This document shows positions 9,538-19,161 of a stretch of DNA of 64,000 nt, piece after piece. Position numbers and translations under genes: made by a program. Numbering within the stretch: position 1 is the first letter of the stretch; every line of letters begins with the position of its first letter. Source of the stretch: an uncultured delta proteobacterium (GTDB lineage Bacteria; Desulfobacterota; Desulfuromonadia; Geobacterales; Geobacteraceae); NCBI GenBank assembly GCA_963815135.1, contig CAWFFO010000003.1, positions 59,346-123,345 of the forward strand, given 5' to 3'. The notes under the pieces were generated by a model. That model had not been told where the DNA came from. It did not search any database and saw nothing but the letters and a program-made list of their open reading frames with translations.

Positions 9538-9830
9538 TTTGCACCTTTTATAATTTATTAAAAATAAAAATATTTATTTTTATTGAATTACAATAAAACA
9601 TATAGTATACATAAAGAGTAACTAACCTCCTTGTTATGAGCCTCGAATGTCGGATATGGTTTTTTCCATTCGCCGCCGATTTCGGGGTTTTTTTTCTTCT
9701 GATTTTATTAAGAATAAAACAAGGGGCTGTTCAGAGAAACGGACAGGTTAACCTCAATTTTACTTGAAAAAACAGGTACACACAAAGTTGACTAGGAGTT
9801 TGAGCAGTCAAACGCGGTTCTTGATTTTTT

Positions 9831-10157
9831 TTAATGGCCAATTGAAAAAAGTGGTTCCTCTATCAGCTCGCCACGACATACTGGACATTTGCCGGGCTTG
9901 GAAAGCCGATCTCTTTTCCGAAACACGAAACCGCATTTCCCGCATATCGCCGGTTTCACCAAAATGACCTTCCCGCTTCTGTGAAGCATAACTCTAATAT
10001 GTTCCAGGTTGTCTAGTACTTCCTTTTCCGAAATTCCCAATTCCATGGATATATCTCTGGCAGCCATCTCGCGGTGTTGAATCAGAGCCATTATTTCATG
10101 GCGGATCGTATCGTGTCTTTCAACGGGAATAAACGGTTCAGCTGATTTTTTCTTCAT
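9831..10157 (-). CDS. Small regulator with a winged-HTH fused to a C-terminal zinc ribbon
   Basis: 108 aa with IRHEIMALIQHREMAARDISMELGISEKEV (HTH), then CGKCG...17 aa...CPVCRG (a C4 ribbon). Confidence 0.55.
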   Translation of the reverse strand: MKKKSAEPFIPVERHDTIRHEIMALIQHREMAARDISMELGISEKEVLDNLEHIRVMLHRSGKVILVKPAICGKCGFVFRKRDRLSKPGKCPVCRGELIEEPLFSIGH

Positions 10158-10184
10158 GACGACACCGGAGTTGCAGCAGGTTTC

Positions 10185-10727
10185 TCAATTGTCATCTGAC
10201 TCGATTTCATTGTTATCCAGTTTGCGGAGTCTTTCCTGCTCCTCCCGGATAAGGGGCTTGTATCTGATCAGATTGTGAAAATTTTCAAGTGCCAGAATTG
10301 TAAACCCCGAAACAAAAACCGCCCAGAAATACTCTTCCAGAGACCCGGCCATGTGATAGAACCCGTAAAATGCAGCGAGATAGATAACATGCAGCAAGCC
10401 GCGAGATGGCTTGGCACCGCTCATCATCTTCGAAAGGATCAGTATGATGGCGGAGAAGCTGTAAAGCACGAGCAGGCCGCTGACCAGATTCAGCGGCGGT
10501 GGAGGTCCGAGCTTGGCCCTGATATTTTCAGGCAGCGACGGGATAAAACGGAAGTCGTTCTGCGCTCCTATACTGACAAGGAGAAAAGCGGAAAGGGCCC
10601 ACATCCCGCGGACGGACTTCGCCTGAAGATATCGGATCTTATCAAGTACTTCGCGGCGCTGAAGTTTTTTTCCCCGGCCACCATCACCGGTTTCCGAAAA
10701 CGACGGCTCTTCAGGTCTACTCACCAT
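10185..10727 (-). CDS. Hypothetical integral membrane protein, about 4 TM, with an acidic C-terminal tail
   Basis: Hydrophobic segments MWALSAFLLVSIG, LVSGLLVLYSFSAIILIL, LLHVIYLAAFYGFY and FWAVFVSGFTILAL. The tail is EEQERLRKLDNNEIESDDN. No family was recognised. Confidence 0.5.
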   Translation of the reverse strand: MVSRPEEPSFSETGDGGRGKKLQRREVLDKIRYLQAKSVRGMWALSAFLLVSIGAQNDFRFIPSLPENIRAKLGPPPPLNLVSGLLVLYSFSAIILILSKMMSGAKPSRGLLHVIYLAAFYGFYHMAGSLEEYFWAVFVSGFTILALENFHNLIRYKPLIREEQERLRKLDNNEIESDDN

Positions 10728-10730
10728 AGT

Positions 10731-11576
10731 CTAATGTCCGTTTCCGTCATCGCCACGGGGTCGCTGTATTCGATCGTTTTTTACCTTTTCCGAAAGACAC
10801 TTCAATGACTGGGCAAGATTTTCCAGTTCACCTTCGAATTCAGGGATTTCCCGCCCGGGTTTCCCCTTTGCAATATCATTGCAGTAGCCTGTCAATATCT
10901 TTACCGGAGTCAGTATGGAACGTCGCAAAAGCGCTGCGGCCCCTCCTACGGTGAGAAACAGGATTAGAACCGCAAACACAATCATTCGGCCTCGCATGGT
11001 CGCAAGGGCATCCCTCAGCGGCTTTCTCGAGAGACCAATATCAAGCGTGCCGAGGACCTTCTGATTGGATGTGTGAAAATGGCAGGAGGAGTTATAGCAT
11101 TCCGGTTCATTGTATATCGGCTCGGTAATAGCAAGAACCTCCCGGCCCTTTTCATTGATGAAGGTGCGGGCTTTCTGCATTGCTCCCAGTTTCGCGGTCG
11201 GTGTGGGCCCGGCGTGGCAGCCAATACATCCGGCGGTTTTTTTATCCACCAGATGATTGAGTTCTTTAGGGTTGGATGAGAATTCGATCAAGCCTTTTTT
11301 ATTGAAAATGCGGACATGCTCCACCTCATGTTGTTCACCGACATTTTCGATTATGTTGCGCAGTGTTTTTCGATCGGAAGTGAGCATCGAGTAATGTGTC
11401 GATTGCACAACCACGTTTGCCAGACTCGTTGCGTGCAGGGTCGCCGTATGCGTCATGTCTGACTTAATAACCGAATAAAGCAGGATACAACAAACAATGA
11501 CAAAACCGGTCACCGCAATGGCTACCGGAAATATGGCCTTCCCTGCGAGAGTCTTTATCATGACAAATCTCCTCAT
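10731..11576 (-). CDS. Membrane sensor with a periplasmic haem-c-motif domain and HAMP, lacking any transmitter domain
   Basis: TM1 is IFPVAIAVTGFVIVCCILLY. The periplasmic region carries CIGCH (CxxCH) and CYNSSCH (Cx4CH). TM2 is MIVFAVLILFLTVGGAAAL. A HAMP-like stretch LLRRSILTPVKILTGYCNDIAKGKPGREIPEFEGELENLAQSL follows, and the stop comes about 20 aa later. Confidence 0.65.
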   Translation of the reverse strand: MRRFVMIKTLAGKAIFPVAIAVTGFVIVCCILLYSVIKSDMTHTATLHATSLANVVVQSTHYSMLTSDRKTLRNIIENVGEQHEVEHVRIFNKKGLIEFSSNPKELNHLVDKKTAGCIGCHAGPTPTAKLGAMQKARTFINEKGREVLAITEPIYNEPECYNSSCHFHTSNQKVLGTLDIGLSRKPLRDALATMRGRMIVFAVLILFLTVGGAAALLRRSILTPVKILTGYCNDIAKGKPGREIPEFEGELENLAQSLKCLSEKVKNDRIQRPRGDDGNGH

Positions 11577-11906
11577 TCCGTTTCGAGATAGAAATTAAAC
11601 GGCAATTCCATTTCCGGTGTCCGAAACAATAAAAACAGGAATTGCGTATAGTGTCAACAATTGGATTTATCTTACAGGAAAGATTTTCCGCTCAGATCGT
11701 TTTTAGCTGAATTTATTCTCATTACTGATATAGATTCAGAATCGGGAATAATTCAGCTTGGGCGGGGAAAGAGTTAATCGACAAGAATTTATGAAGCCGG
11801 AAATTGCATAAATCTGTTCCTTTCGGAAAAAAAGTATATATTTTCTCTTAAGGAATGATCAGGGTTCAAAAGACATGTACCATATAAGCTGAAAAGACAG
11901 GCAATA

Positions 11907-12170
11907 TCAAGGATTACCGTTGATTTCTTTCGCGGTAACAGTACCTTTCTCCTTTTCAGCGGATACAAAAAGCCCCTTGATCATGGAATAAAAAAGGACC
12001 AGTCCGGGGATAAGCTGGAAGACAATGATCAGTGCGCCGAAAGCCAGGAATATGGCTATCATAACTCCGCTTCCTTCTTTGCTTCCACCCGTTTCGGCAA
12101 ATGCCTGCGACGTACCGGCGATCAGTGCTATGATCGCACAGAGAAAAGTGAACCTGTCTTTCGCTTTCAT
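11907..12170 (-). CDS. Small hypothetical membrane protein
   Basis: 87 aa from ATG 12170, with AGGAGG 6 nt upstream. It has a signal-like N-terminus FLCAIIALIAGTSQAFA plus one TM, VMIAIFLAFGALIIVFQLIPGLVLF. Confidence 0.45.
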   Translation of the reverse strand: MKAKDRFTFLCAIIALIAGTSQAFAETGGSKEGSGVMIAIFLAFGALIIVFQLIPGLVLFYSMIKGLFVSAEKEKGTVTAKEINGNP

Positions 12171-12702
12171 GGCGTCCTCCTCTTTGAAGGCAAGATACCA
12201 AATCATCCTCGATGAAGGCTATGTCTCCATTATCCAGCCAACACAAACAGGATGAAAAAGTATCTCTTTTCGACCGCAATCTTTTTTCAGCTCAAACGCT
12301 GAAAAATCACATGGCATTATATAACCATTTCATGAAATAATTATACCATAAAATATTGTAAATATATTTTTTTCGTAGAATTTTTCGCACACTTACATTT
12401 CTTTTTCATATAAACATATAATTGACTATAGTGAATAGTTATAAATATTATTGCCATTCACAATTTCCGGTTTACCATTATTTGTAGAGGTAAAATGATT
12501 TTATTATTACGGCTGAGTGCCCCCTTCTTTTTGCACCGTTTTCACATGCAGGTGCTGTCCTGTGAGATTCAGGCCTGTGATAATTTGACTCCGCATGGTG
12601 CATGGGGTAATCTTCAAGGTTGACATGCAATATAATGGAAGTTGCAAACGCGGAATTCCGAACGCGGAAATGCTGCAATACAACAGAAACAGAGGCCACT
12701 AA

Positions 12703-15700
12703 ATGAAAAACACCGGAAAGTCCGAAAAATATTTTCCTTACGAAATCCAGATAAACAGAGAAGCCTGGGACAAGCTAGGCCTGGATTCCGTCGCCAGGCA
12801 TTTGCGCACACGTACGAACATGCCGGATATCATATTCTGTCGGCATGTGGCAAACGCCTTGAACAAGCGTCCGGAAGGCCGCGACAAACCCGCAAAAGCC
12901 GCTAACGTATATTTTTACGCCTTACTGACCAGAATTTTTCGTTACCTGCTCAACCATTACAATACGGTCAAAGCACCACAGATCCTGGAAAAAGTACTTG
13001 ATCCGGAAAACCAGGAAATTCCAATGGATAAACTTCGGGCGGCAATGGGAGGTTTCGTCGAGCACTTTCCTGATTCACGGGTTATTGAAAAAACAGGGTC
13101 CGCACAAGATTATATTTCAGGCGCAGACCCGGGAAACCGCGGCAAGAAGATGATCGTCTCGGAATTTCTCCTGCTGGGGTTGTCACTGGAAAATCCCGCG
13201 CTCGAGGAATTTCAGGAGTTATTTGATACCACCGCTCTTTTAACTGCGGTACCGTTCGAAGCGGTTGTCAATTCCCTCGAAGAAATGTTCAAAAAGGGCC
13301 CTTCATTTGAGCCCTTTGAACGTCCGGTTATGGAATTTCTGAGGATGCCGATAAAATTTTCCCCTTCATCCCTTGCCGGACAACTGGAATACATCAGAAC
13401 AAACTGGTCGGAATTGCTCCCGCTGGAACTCCTGTCGGAGATGCTTCTGGGTTTTGATATTCTTCGCGAAGAGGAAAGGGAGTGGTGGGGCGGTCCCGGC
13501 GAACCGCAGGTCCTTGAATTCGAAAGGGTCGGCCGAACCGGAAAGGGTTCTTACGATTACCCGGAATATGAAAGATTCTCAGCCGACGCGGACTGGATGT
13601 CGAATGTGGTCATGATTGCCAAGATGGTATATGTGTGGCTCGACCAGCTTTCGAGGTACTACGGCAGGGATATTTCAAAGCTGGATCAGATCCCGGATGA
13701 AGAACTGGACAGGCTTGCCGGATGGGGTTTCAACTCCGTCTGGCTGATCGGTGTCTGGGAACGCTCACCATCATCACAGAGATTAAAGCAGCTGAGCGGT
13801 AACCCTGAAGCAGTTTCTTCCGCTTATTCACTATATGATTACACTATTGCAGTCGATCTGGGAGGTGAGGCCGCACTCGCCAACCTGAAGGAACGGGCAT
13901 GGCGCCGCGGAATCCGGCTGGCCAGTGACATGGTCCCCAACCACACCGGCATTTTTTCCAGATGGACGCGGGAGCATCCCGATTGGTTCATCCAGCTCGA
14001 CTATCCGCCATATCCCTCTTACAGCTTCTCTGGACCGGACCTCTCCTTTTCCTCCGAAATAAGTATCCGTATCGAAGACGGATACTGGGACCGTCGCGAC
14101 GCCGCCGTGGTATTTCAGCATGTGGACAATAACAACGGCAGAACACGTTACATCTACCATGGCAATGACGGCACCAGCACTCCCTGGAACGACACCGCCC
14201 AGCTCAACTACCTGATTCCCGAAGTGCGTGAAGCGGTGATCAGGACGATAATCCACGTGGCGCGGCAGTTTCCCATCATACGCTTCGATGCCGCCATGAC
14301 ATTGGCGAAGAAACATTACCAGAGGCTCTGGTATCCCCAGCCGGGGCATGGCAGCGGTGTGCCGTCAAGGGCGGAACACGGCATGAGCAGGGAACAGTTT
14401 GACGAACTTTTCCCCCAGGAATTCTGGCGCGAAGTGGTTGACCGTATGGCTGTAGAAGCCCCCGATACTCTCCTTCTCGCTGAAGCCTTCTGGCTCATGG
14501 AAGGATATTTCGTCCGGACCCTCGGCATGCACCGGGTTTACAACAGCGCATTCATGAACATGCTGAAGATGGAGGAAAACGCAAAATACCGACAGACGGT
14601 CAAAAACATCCTCGAGTTCAATCCGGAAATTCTGAAGAGGTTCGTCAATTTCATGAGCAACCCTGACGAACGGACCGCCATTGACCAGTTCGGCAAGGAA
14701 GCTAAATACTTTGGAGCTGCTGTCCTGCTTGTCACCATGCCCGGTCTGCCCATGTTCGGGCACGGCCAGGTCGAGGGTTTTACGGAAAAATACGGCATGG
14801 AATACCGCAGGGCATACTGGCAGGAAGAAATCGACTGGCATCTGGTGGCTGTGCATGAAAACAGGATTTTTCCCCTGATGAAAAAGCGCCGGCTGTTCAG
14901 CGGTTCAGAAAACTTCGTCATGTACGATTTTTTTGCGGGAGATCAGGTCGACGAGAATGTCTTTGCATATTCCAACAGGTTGGGCAACGAACGCACTTTA
15001 ATCTTCTACCATAACAAATATGCATCGACCGCCGGCTGGATCAGAATGTCCACCGCCGCGGCCGCAAAAGACGACCAGGGACAAGCCACGCTTGTACGTA
15101 AGACCCTTGGGGATGCCTTGGGCTTCAACCCGGACGGGCGTTATTATTATGCTTTTCGTGACTATTCTTCGAGCCTGGAATACCTCCGCCATGGAAAAGA
15201 ACTTTCTGAAAACGGCATGTACGTGGAGCTTGAGGCCTACAAGTACCATGTATTCCTCGATTTTTGCGAAATACGAGATGACGATTACGGCACATGGGGA
15301 AAGCTGTGCCATCAATTGCAGGGCAGACCGGTCGTGAGTATCGATGAAGAAGCGAAACAGATCCGTTTTGCAGGGGTAATCGATCCGTTCAGGAAACTTT
15401 GCATCGATTTGCAGGAACGGCTGGATATCCTTTTGGCACCGGAAAGTGCGGCCGAAGCAGTCGAAGAATGCCTCGAAATTCTTCGGGAAGAGCTGATTGC
15501 ATTCCTTTCAGCTCTTGGAGACCATACAGGCCACAGGGAAAATATCGGGATCATTGCCGGCAGGATAATTAGCGAGCTGAAATTTTGCCGAAAATTCACG
15601 TTAATGCGCAAAGGCAAGAAAAGCGAGAGCAGAGCTGCTGCCTTTTTTCAAGCCGTGCTGAAAGGAGAGGACTGCCGATTCAACCGGTTTTTCCTTGCAA

Positions 15701-16206
15701 TTTTCCTGATCCTGCACAGGATCACAGAGACAACAGGCTCTGAAAACTTTGACGGCAAACCCGAAACATGGTTCGATGAATTCGGCATCAACTATGCTCT
15801 GCGAAAAATTATGCACGAATACATGGAAAGTGTGCCCGTTCCTCAATGTCCATGGGGATCGGAAACCGAGGTTTTACTCATCGACATTCTTCTGGCTCAT
15901 CAGGCATTTTTTCCGGGAGAGGACGAAAAAGCGAAAACAGCGGAAATCAGCTTTCTGTTAGAAAATGAAAAGGCGCGGCAATTCCTCCTCTTCCACTGGA
16001 GCAATGGGGTGGAATGGTTCAACAAGGAGCGCTTTGAAGATCTGGTCAGATGGTTGGGGCTGACAAACATTTTTTCAGGCTTCCACGAGACAGTGGATGA
16101 TAAAGCGCTGGCCGCCATGATCTCGCATAGATACGATGCTGTCATGGACCTCTATGCGAAGGCCGAGACAGCCCATTACCGGACGGACATTTTCACAACG
16201 CTGTAA
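12703..16206 (+). CDS. Large (1167 aa) alpha-amylase-family (GH13) glycoside hydrolase/glucanotransferase
   Basis: All four GH13 regions are visible: DMVPNHTG, IIRFDAAMTLAKKH, LLLAEAFW and FMSNPDE. There are long N-terminal (about 330 aa) and C-terminal (about 450 aa) extensions. Confidence 0.85.
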   Translation: MKNTGKSEKYFPYEIQINREAWDKLGLDSVARHLRTRTNMPDIIFCRHVANALNKRPEGRDKPAKAANVYFYALLTRIFRYLLNHYNTVKAPQILEKVLDPENQEIPMDKLRAAMGGFVEHFPDSRVIEKTGSAQDYISGADPGNRGKKMIVSEFLLLGLSLENPALEEFQELFDTTALLTAVPFEAVVNSLEEMFKKGPSFEPFERPVMEFLRMPIKFSPSSLAGQLEYIRTNWSELLPLELLSEMLLGFDILREEEREWWGGPGEPQVLEFERVGRTGKGSYDYPEYERFSADADWMSNVVMIAKMVYVWLDQLSRYYGRDISKLDQIPDEELDRLAGWGFNSVWLIGVWERSPSSQRLKQLSGNPEAVSSAYSLYDYTIAVDLGGEAALANLKERAWRRGIRLASDMVPNHTGIFSRWTREHPDWFIQLDYPPYPSYSFSGPDLSFSSEISIRIEDGYWDRRDAAVVFQHVDNNNGRTRYIYHGNDGTSTPWNDTAQLNYLIPEVREAVIRTIIHVARQFPIIRFDAAMTLAKKHYQRLWYPQPGHGSGVPSRAEHGMSREQFDELFPQEFWREVVDRMAVEAPDTLLLAEAFWLMEGYFVRTLGMHRVYNSAFMNMLKMEENAKYRQTVKNILEFNPEILKRFVNFMSNPDERTAIDQFGKEAKYFGAAVLLVTMPGLPMFGHGQVEGFTEKYGMEYRRAYWQEEIDWHLVAVHENRIFPLMKKRRLFSGSENFVMYDFFAGDQVDENVFAYSNRLGNERTLIFYHNKYASTAGWIRMSTAAAAKDDQGQATLVRKTLGDALGFNPDGRYYYAFRDYSSSLEYLRHGKELSENGMYVELEAYKYHVFLDFCEIRDDDYGTWGKLCHQLQGRPVVSIDEEAKQIRFAGVIDPFRKLCIDLQERLDILLAPESAAEAVEECLEILREELIAFLSALGDHTGHRENIGIIAGRIISELKFCRKFTLMRKGKKSESRAAAFFQAVLKGEDCRFNRFFLAIFLILHRITETTGSENFDGKPETWFDEFGINYALRKIMHEYMESVPVPQCPWGSETEVLLIDILLAHQAFFPGEDEKAKTAEISFLLENEKARQFLLFHWSNGVEWFNKERFEDLVRWLGLTNIFSGFHETVDDKALAAMISHRYDAVMDLYAKAETAHYRTDIFTTL

Positions 16207-16376
16207 CGACCTGAGCCGGGATAATTTTCTTGACAGTCGAATAACGGAAATATAATGTTAGCTTCGGCCGGACAACCGGCCGGTACGCCTTGAAAACAGT
16301 GAATAATAATGGTTTGCGGAAATTAGTTTCATATCTTAAAATATATATCCGTACCGATGATCAAGGAGGATTTTGA

Positions 16377-16601
16377 ATGAATGTCACTGTAAAACTGTTT
16401 GCCACGTTCAGGACCGGCCGTTTTACATCGGAAAGCCGTGAATACCAGGCCGGTACGACGGTCCGGAATGTTATCAACGAACTCAACCTTCCGGAAGATG
16501 ATATCGGCGCAACCCTTATAAATGGTCGCCATGTGGAAGAAGACTGCGCATTGAACAATGGAGATACCCTTTCCATTTTCCCTCTCGTCGGTGGGGGGTA
16601 A
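16377..16601 (+). CDS. MoaD/ThiS-family ubiquitin-like sulfur carrier
   Basis: 74 aa, MNVTVKLFATFR...GDTLSIFPLVGGG, with a C-terminal Gly-Gly. Confidence 0.8.
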   Translation: MNVTVKLFATFRTGRFTSESREYQAGTTVRNVINELNLPEDDIGATLINGRHVEEDCALNNGDTLSIFPLVGGG

Positions 16602-16602
16602 A

Positions 16603-17421
16603 ATGGAAAAGATGCATGATTTTCTTCGCGCCATGGCGGAAGGTGACTTGATATCCTGGCACCATCAGAAATTTGCCGCGAATCATTTCGGAATATCAGT
16701 CGCCCAGATGGAGGGGATCGCCCTGGATATGGGACTCCTTCCGGCAAGATACCAGCGCAACAGGAACATGATCTCCACCAGAGAACAGGCAAGGCTCTTT
16801 CACAGCCATGTGGCAGTGATCGGCTGCGGCGGGCTCGGTGGCTATGTCATCGAGGAACTGGCCCGGCTCGGAGTGGGGCGAATAACTGGAGTCGACCCGG
16901 ATGTTTTCGAAGAGCATAACCTTAACCGGCAGCTGTATTCTTCGCCGGGAAACCTGGGCAAAGCCAAGGTGGATGCCGCACATGCCCGGGTGAATGAAAT
17001 CAATCCGGCGGTCAGTTTCAATCCAGTCAGGGTAGCCTTCAGTAAAATGAACGGATTCGACCTGCTCCAGGGAGTTGACGTCGTGGTGGACGCTTTGGAC
17101 AGTATCACGGTCCGCCTGGAACTGGCTGAAACGAGCGCTGAAATTAACGCGCCTCTTGTCCATGGTGCAATCGGCGGGTGGTATGGACATGTGGCGACCC
17201 AGTTCCCCGGAGAAAATATCCTGAGGAAGATTTACAGTCGTGCCGCCCAAAGCAAGGGGATTGAAAAAGGATTGGGAAATCCCTCTTTTACTCCCGCAGT
17301 CATCGCGAGCATGGAGGTGGCCGAGGTGTGCAAAATCATCACCGGACACGGCACACCGCTTAGCAACAGGAATCTGCATATCAACCTGCTCGATATGGAA
17401 GTGGATGAAATAAAATACTGA
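16603..17421 (+). CDS. ThiF/MoeB/HesA-family E1-like adenylyltransferase
   Basis: VAVIGCGGLGGYVIEELARLGVGRITGVDPDVFEEHNLNRQ. ATG 16603 lies 1 nt after the carrier gene stop. There is no rhodanese domain. Confidence 0.8.
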   Translation: MEKMHDFLRAMAEGDLISWHHQKFAANHFGISVAQMEGIALDMGLLPARYQRNRNMISTREQARLFHSHVAVIGCGGLGGYVIEELARLGVGRITGVDPDVFEEHNLNRQLYSSPGNLGKAKVDAAHARVNEINPAVSFNPVRVAFSKMNGFDLLQGVDVVVDALDSITVRLELAETSAEINAPLVHGAIGGWYGHVATQFPGENILRKIYSRAAQSKGIEKGLGNPSFTPAVIASMEVAEVCKIITGHGTPLSNRNLHINLLDMEVDEIKY

Positions 17422-17594
17422 ATTTTTTCATTTCCCGTCCCATGATGGATATGCCTGCCGTCCAGTCATAAGTACTTTATAAAATTCCGGCAGACTGCTT
17501 CCTGTCCTCCTTATGTTCACCATTCAAAACCGGTGTTTGAGTCATACGCATGTTGCGCCTGACACGAAATGTCCGGTTTTCTTTTTAACCCATA

Positions 17595-18466
17595 ATGGAA
17601 AATTTTCTTCTCATCATAATACCCTTTCTGTCAGCGATACTCCTGCGCAGATTGGGAATCATCAGGGAAAAGCATGCGGTATACGCCACCTCGTATGTCA
17701 TAAACTTTTCCCTTCCATGCCTGGCCATAATAACAATCAGCAATCTGGACCTGAAACACGGCAACTTCACCGTGGCGGTAATCGCCTGGATAGTCATGGC
17801 GGCAGGTGCCGGTCTCTCATATCTTGCCGGCAGATTTCTCAAACTGACCGGGGAAAACTCCGCTCCTTCATCCTTGTTGTTACTTTTCCCAATACCTGCT
17901 TTCTCGGGTACCCGCTGACATATGCACTTTACGGCGGCACGGGTCTCCCCTACGCGGTCATTTACGACCAGATGGGAATGGTTCCTTTTTTCCTCACTCT
18001 TGGTTTTATTGTCGCAGGGGGAAGAAAGAGTCTGGCCAGCGCCCTCAAGTTTCCACCCTTCATCGCCCTGCTTTTCGCCCTGCTGATCAACATGACCCGC
18101 GTTGGCATCCCCGGTCCGATTTCATTCGCCCTGCAATGGGCCGGCTGGACCACGCTCCCCCTGACAATTTTTCTCATCGGAGTCAAAGTCACCTTCACTG
18201 CGGTGCGTGACTATAGAAACGTCGCGGCCAGCCTTGCTTTGAGAATGGTTGCGATACCGGCACTGCTTTTTGTATTCATGTCACTCCTCGGGATAAAGGG
18301 ACTACCCTACACAGTGGCGTTGCTGGAAACTGCCATGCCCCCCGCTCTTACAACCAGCATACTGGCGCTCAAGTATGGCCTCGACGAGGAATTTGCCGTG
18401 GCTTCCATCAGTGCCGGAACTATCCTGTGCATGTTTGCCTTTGCGGTCATGACCTTCTTCAGGTAA
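17595..18466 (+). pseudogene. AEC (auxin efflux carrier) family transporter with the reading frame interrupted once
   Basis: The N-terminal half is in the 17595 frame (MENFLLIIIPFLSAILLRRLGII...RFLKLTGE). The C-terminal half is in the 17513 frame (KLRSFILVVTFPNTCFLGYPLTYALYGG...FFR). The junction is at the G4A4 run at 17850-17857, and one extra A would restore ...TGEKLRSFIL... Confidence 0.7.
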
Positions 18467-18504
18467 AATTTCCTGATAAGGAAAATGAGATATGGAGGAC
18501 GAAT

Positions 18505-19161
18505 ATGAAGAAAAAGATCGGAGTTGTTCTGTCGGGATGCGGCGTTCGTGACGGCAGTGAAATCCATGAATCGGTCCTGACCCTGCTGGCAATAGACGAA
18601 AACGGTGCTGAAGCGGTCTGCATGGCTCCGGACATGGAGTTTTCCGAAGTCAACCACCTGACAATGAAGGAAACCGGAAACAAACGCAATGCGCTTGTAG
18701 AGGCGGCCAGGATTGCAAGGGGCAACATAAGGGATGTCAGAGAGGTGCACGAAAAGGATCTTGACGCGGTTATCTTTCCCGGCGGGTTAGGAGCGGCAAA
18801 AAACCTGTGCGATTTCGCGGAAAAAGGCGCTGACGCTGCGGTGCAGCCTGATGTTGCCAGACTTCTGAAAGAAATGGCGGCGGCGGGGAAACCGATCGGC
18901 GCGATCTGCATCGCCCCGGCACTGGTGGCAGCTACTCTCGGCAGGCAATATGCCCCGAAGCTTACAATTGGAAACGATGCCGCAACGGCCGCCGAAATCG
19001 GCAAGACGGGCAGCTCTCATATAAATTGCCCCGTTACGGAATTCACTGTAGATACTGAAAACAAAATAGTATCGACACCGGCCTACATGCTTGCAGGAAG
19101 AATCTCGGAGGCAGCGGAAGGAATTGAAAAACTTGTTAGGGAAGTAATAAAACTTATCTGA
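18505..19161 (+). CDS. elbB: DJ-1/PfpI-family glyoxalase ElbB
   Basis: MKKKIGVVLSGCGVRDGSEIHESVLTLLAID...AICIAPAL. GGAGGA lies upstream of ATG 18505. Confidence 0.8.
   Translation: MKKKIGVVLSGCGVRDGSEIHESVLTLLAIDENGAEAVCMAPDMEFSEVNHLTMKETGNKRNALVEAARIARGNIRDVREVHEKDLDAVIFPGGLGAAKNLCDFAEKGADAAVQPDVARLLKEMAAAGKPIGAICIAPALVAATLGRQYAPKLTIGNDAATAAEIGKTGSSHINCPVTEFTVDTENKIVSTPAYMLAGRISEAAEGIEKLVREVIKLI

Noticed and set aside
9584-9700. A small RNA with an anti-SD-like ACCTCCTT (plus strand), or a 10-codon upstream ORF with AAGGAGG (minus strand), in the aldolase upstream region.
   Set aside because: The promoter and terminator signals are weak, with 3-bp stems. The RBS-to-ATG spacing for the upstream ORF is 13 nt. 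There is no independent support.
12620-12636. TTGACA and TATAAT hexamers upstream of the GH13 gene, considered as a consensus promoter.
   Set aside because: The hexamers are only 5 nt apart, which is incompatible with sigma-70 spacing.
16207-16376. A Moco or other riboswitch upstream of the MoaD-like carrier gene.
   Set aside because: Only a promoter-like element and one GC hairpin are present. I could not find the conserved Moco-motif strings.
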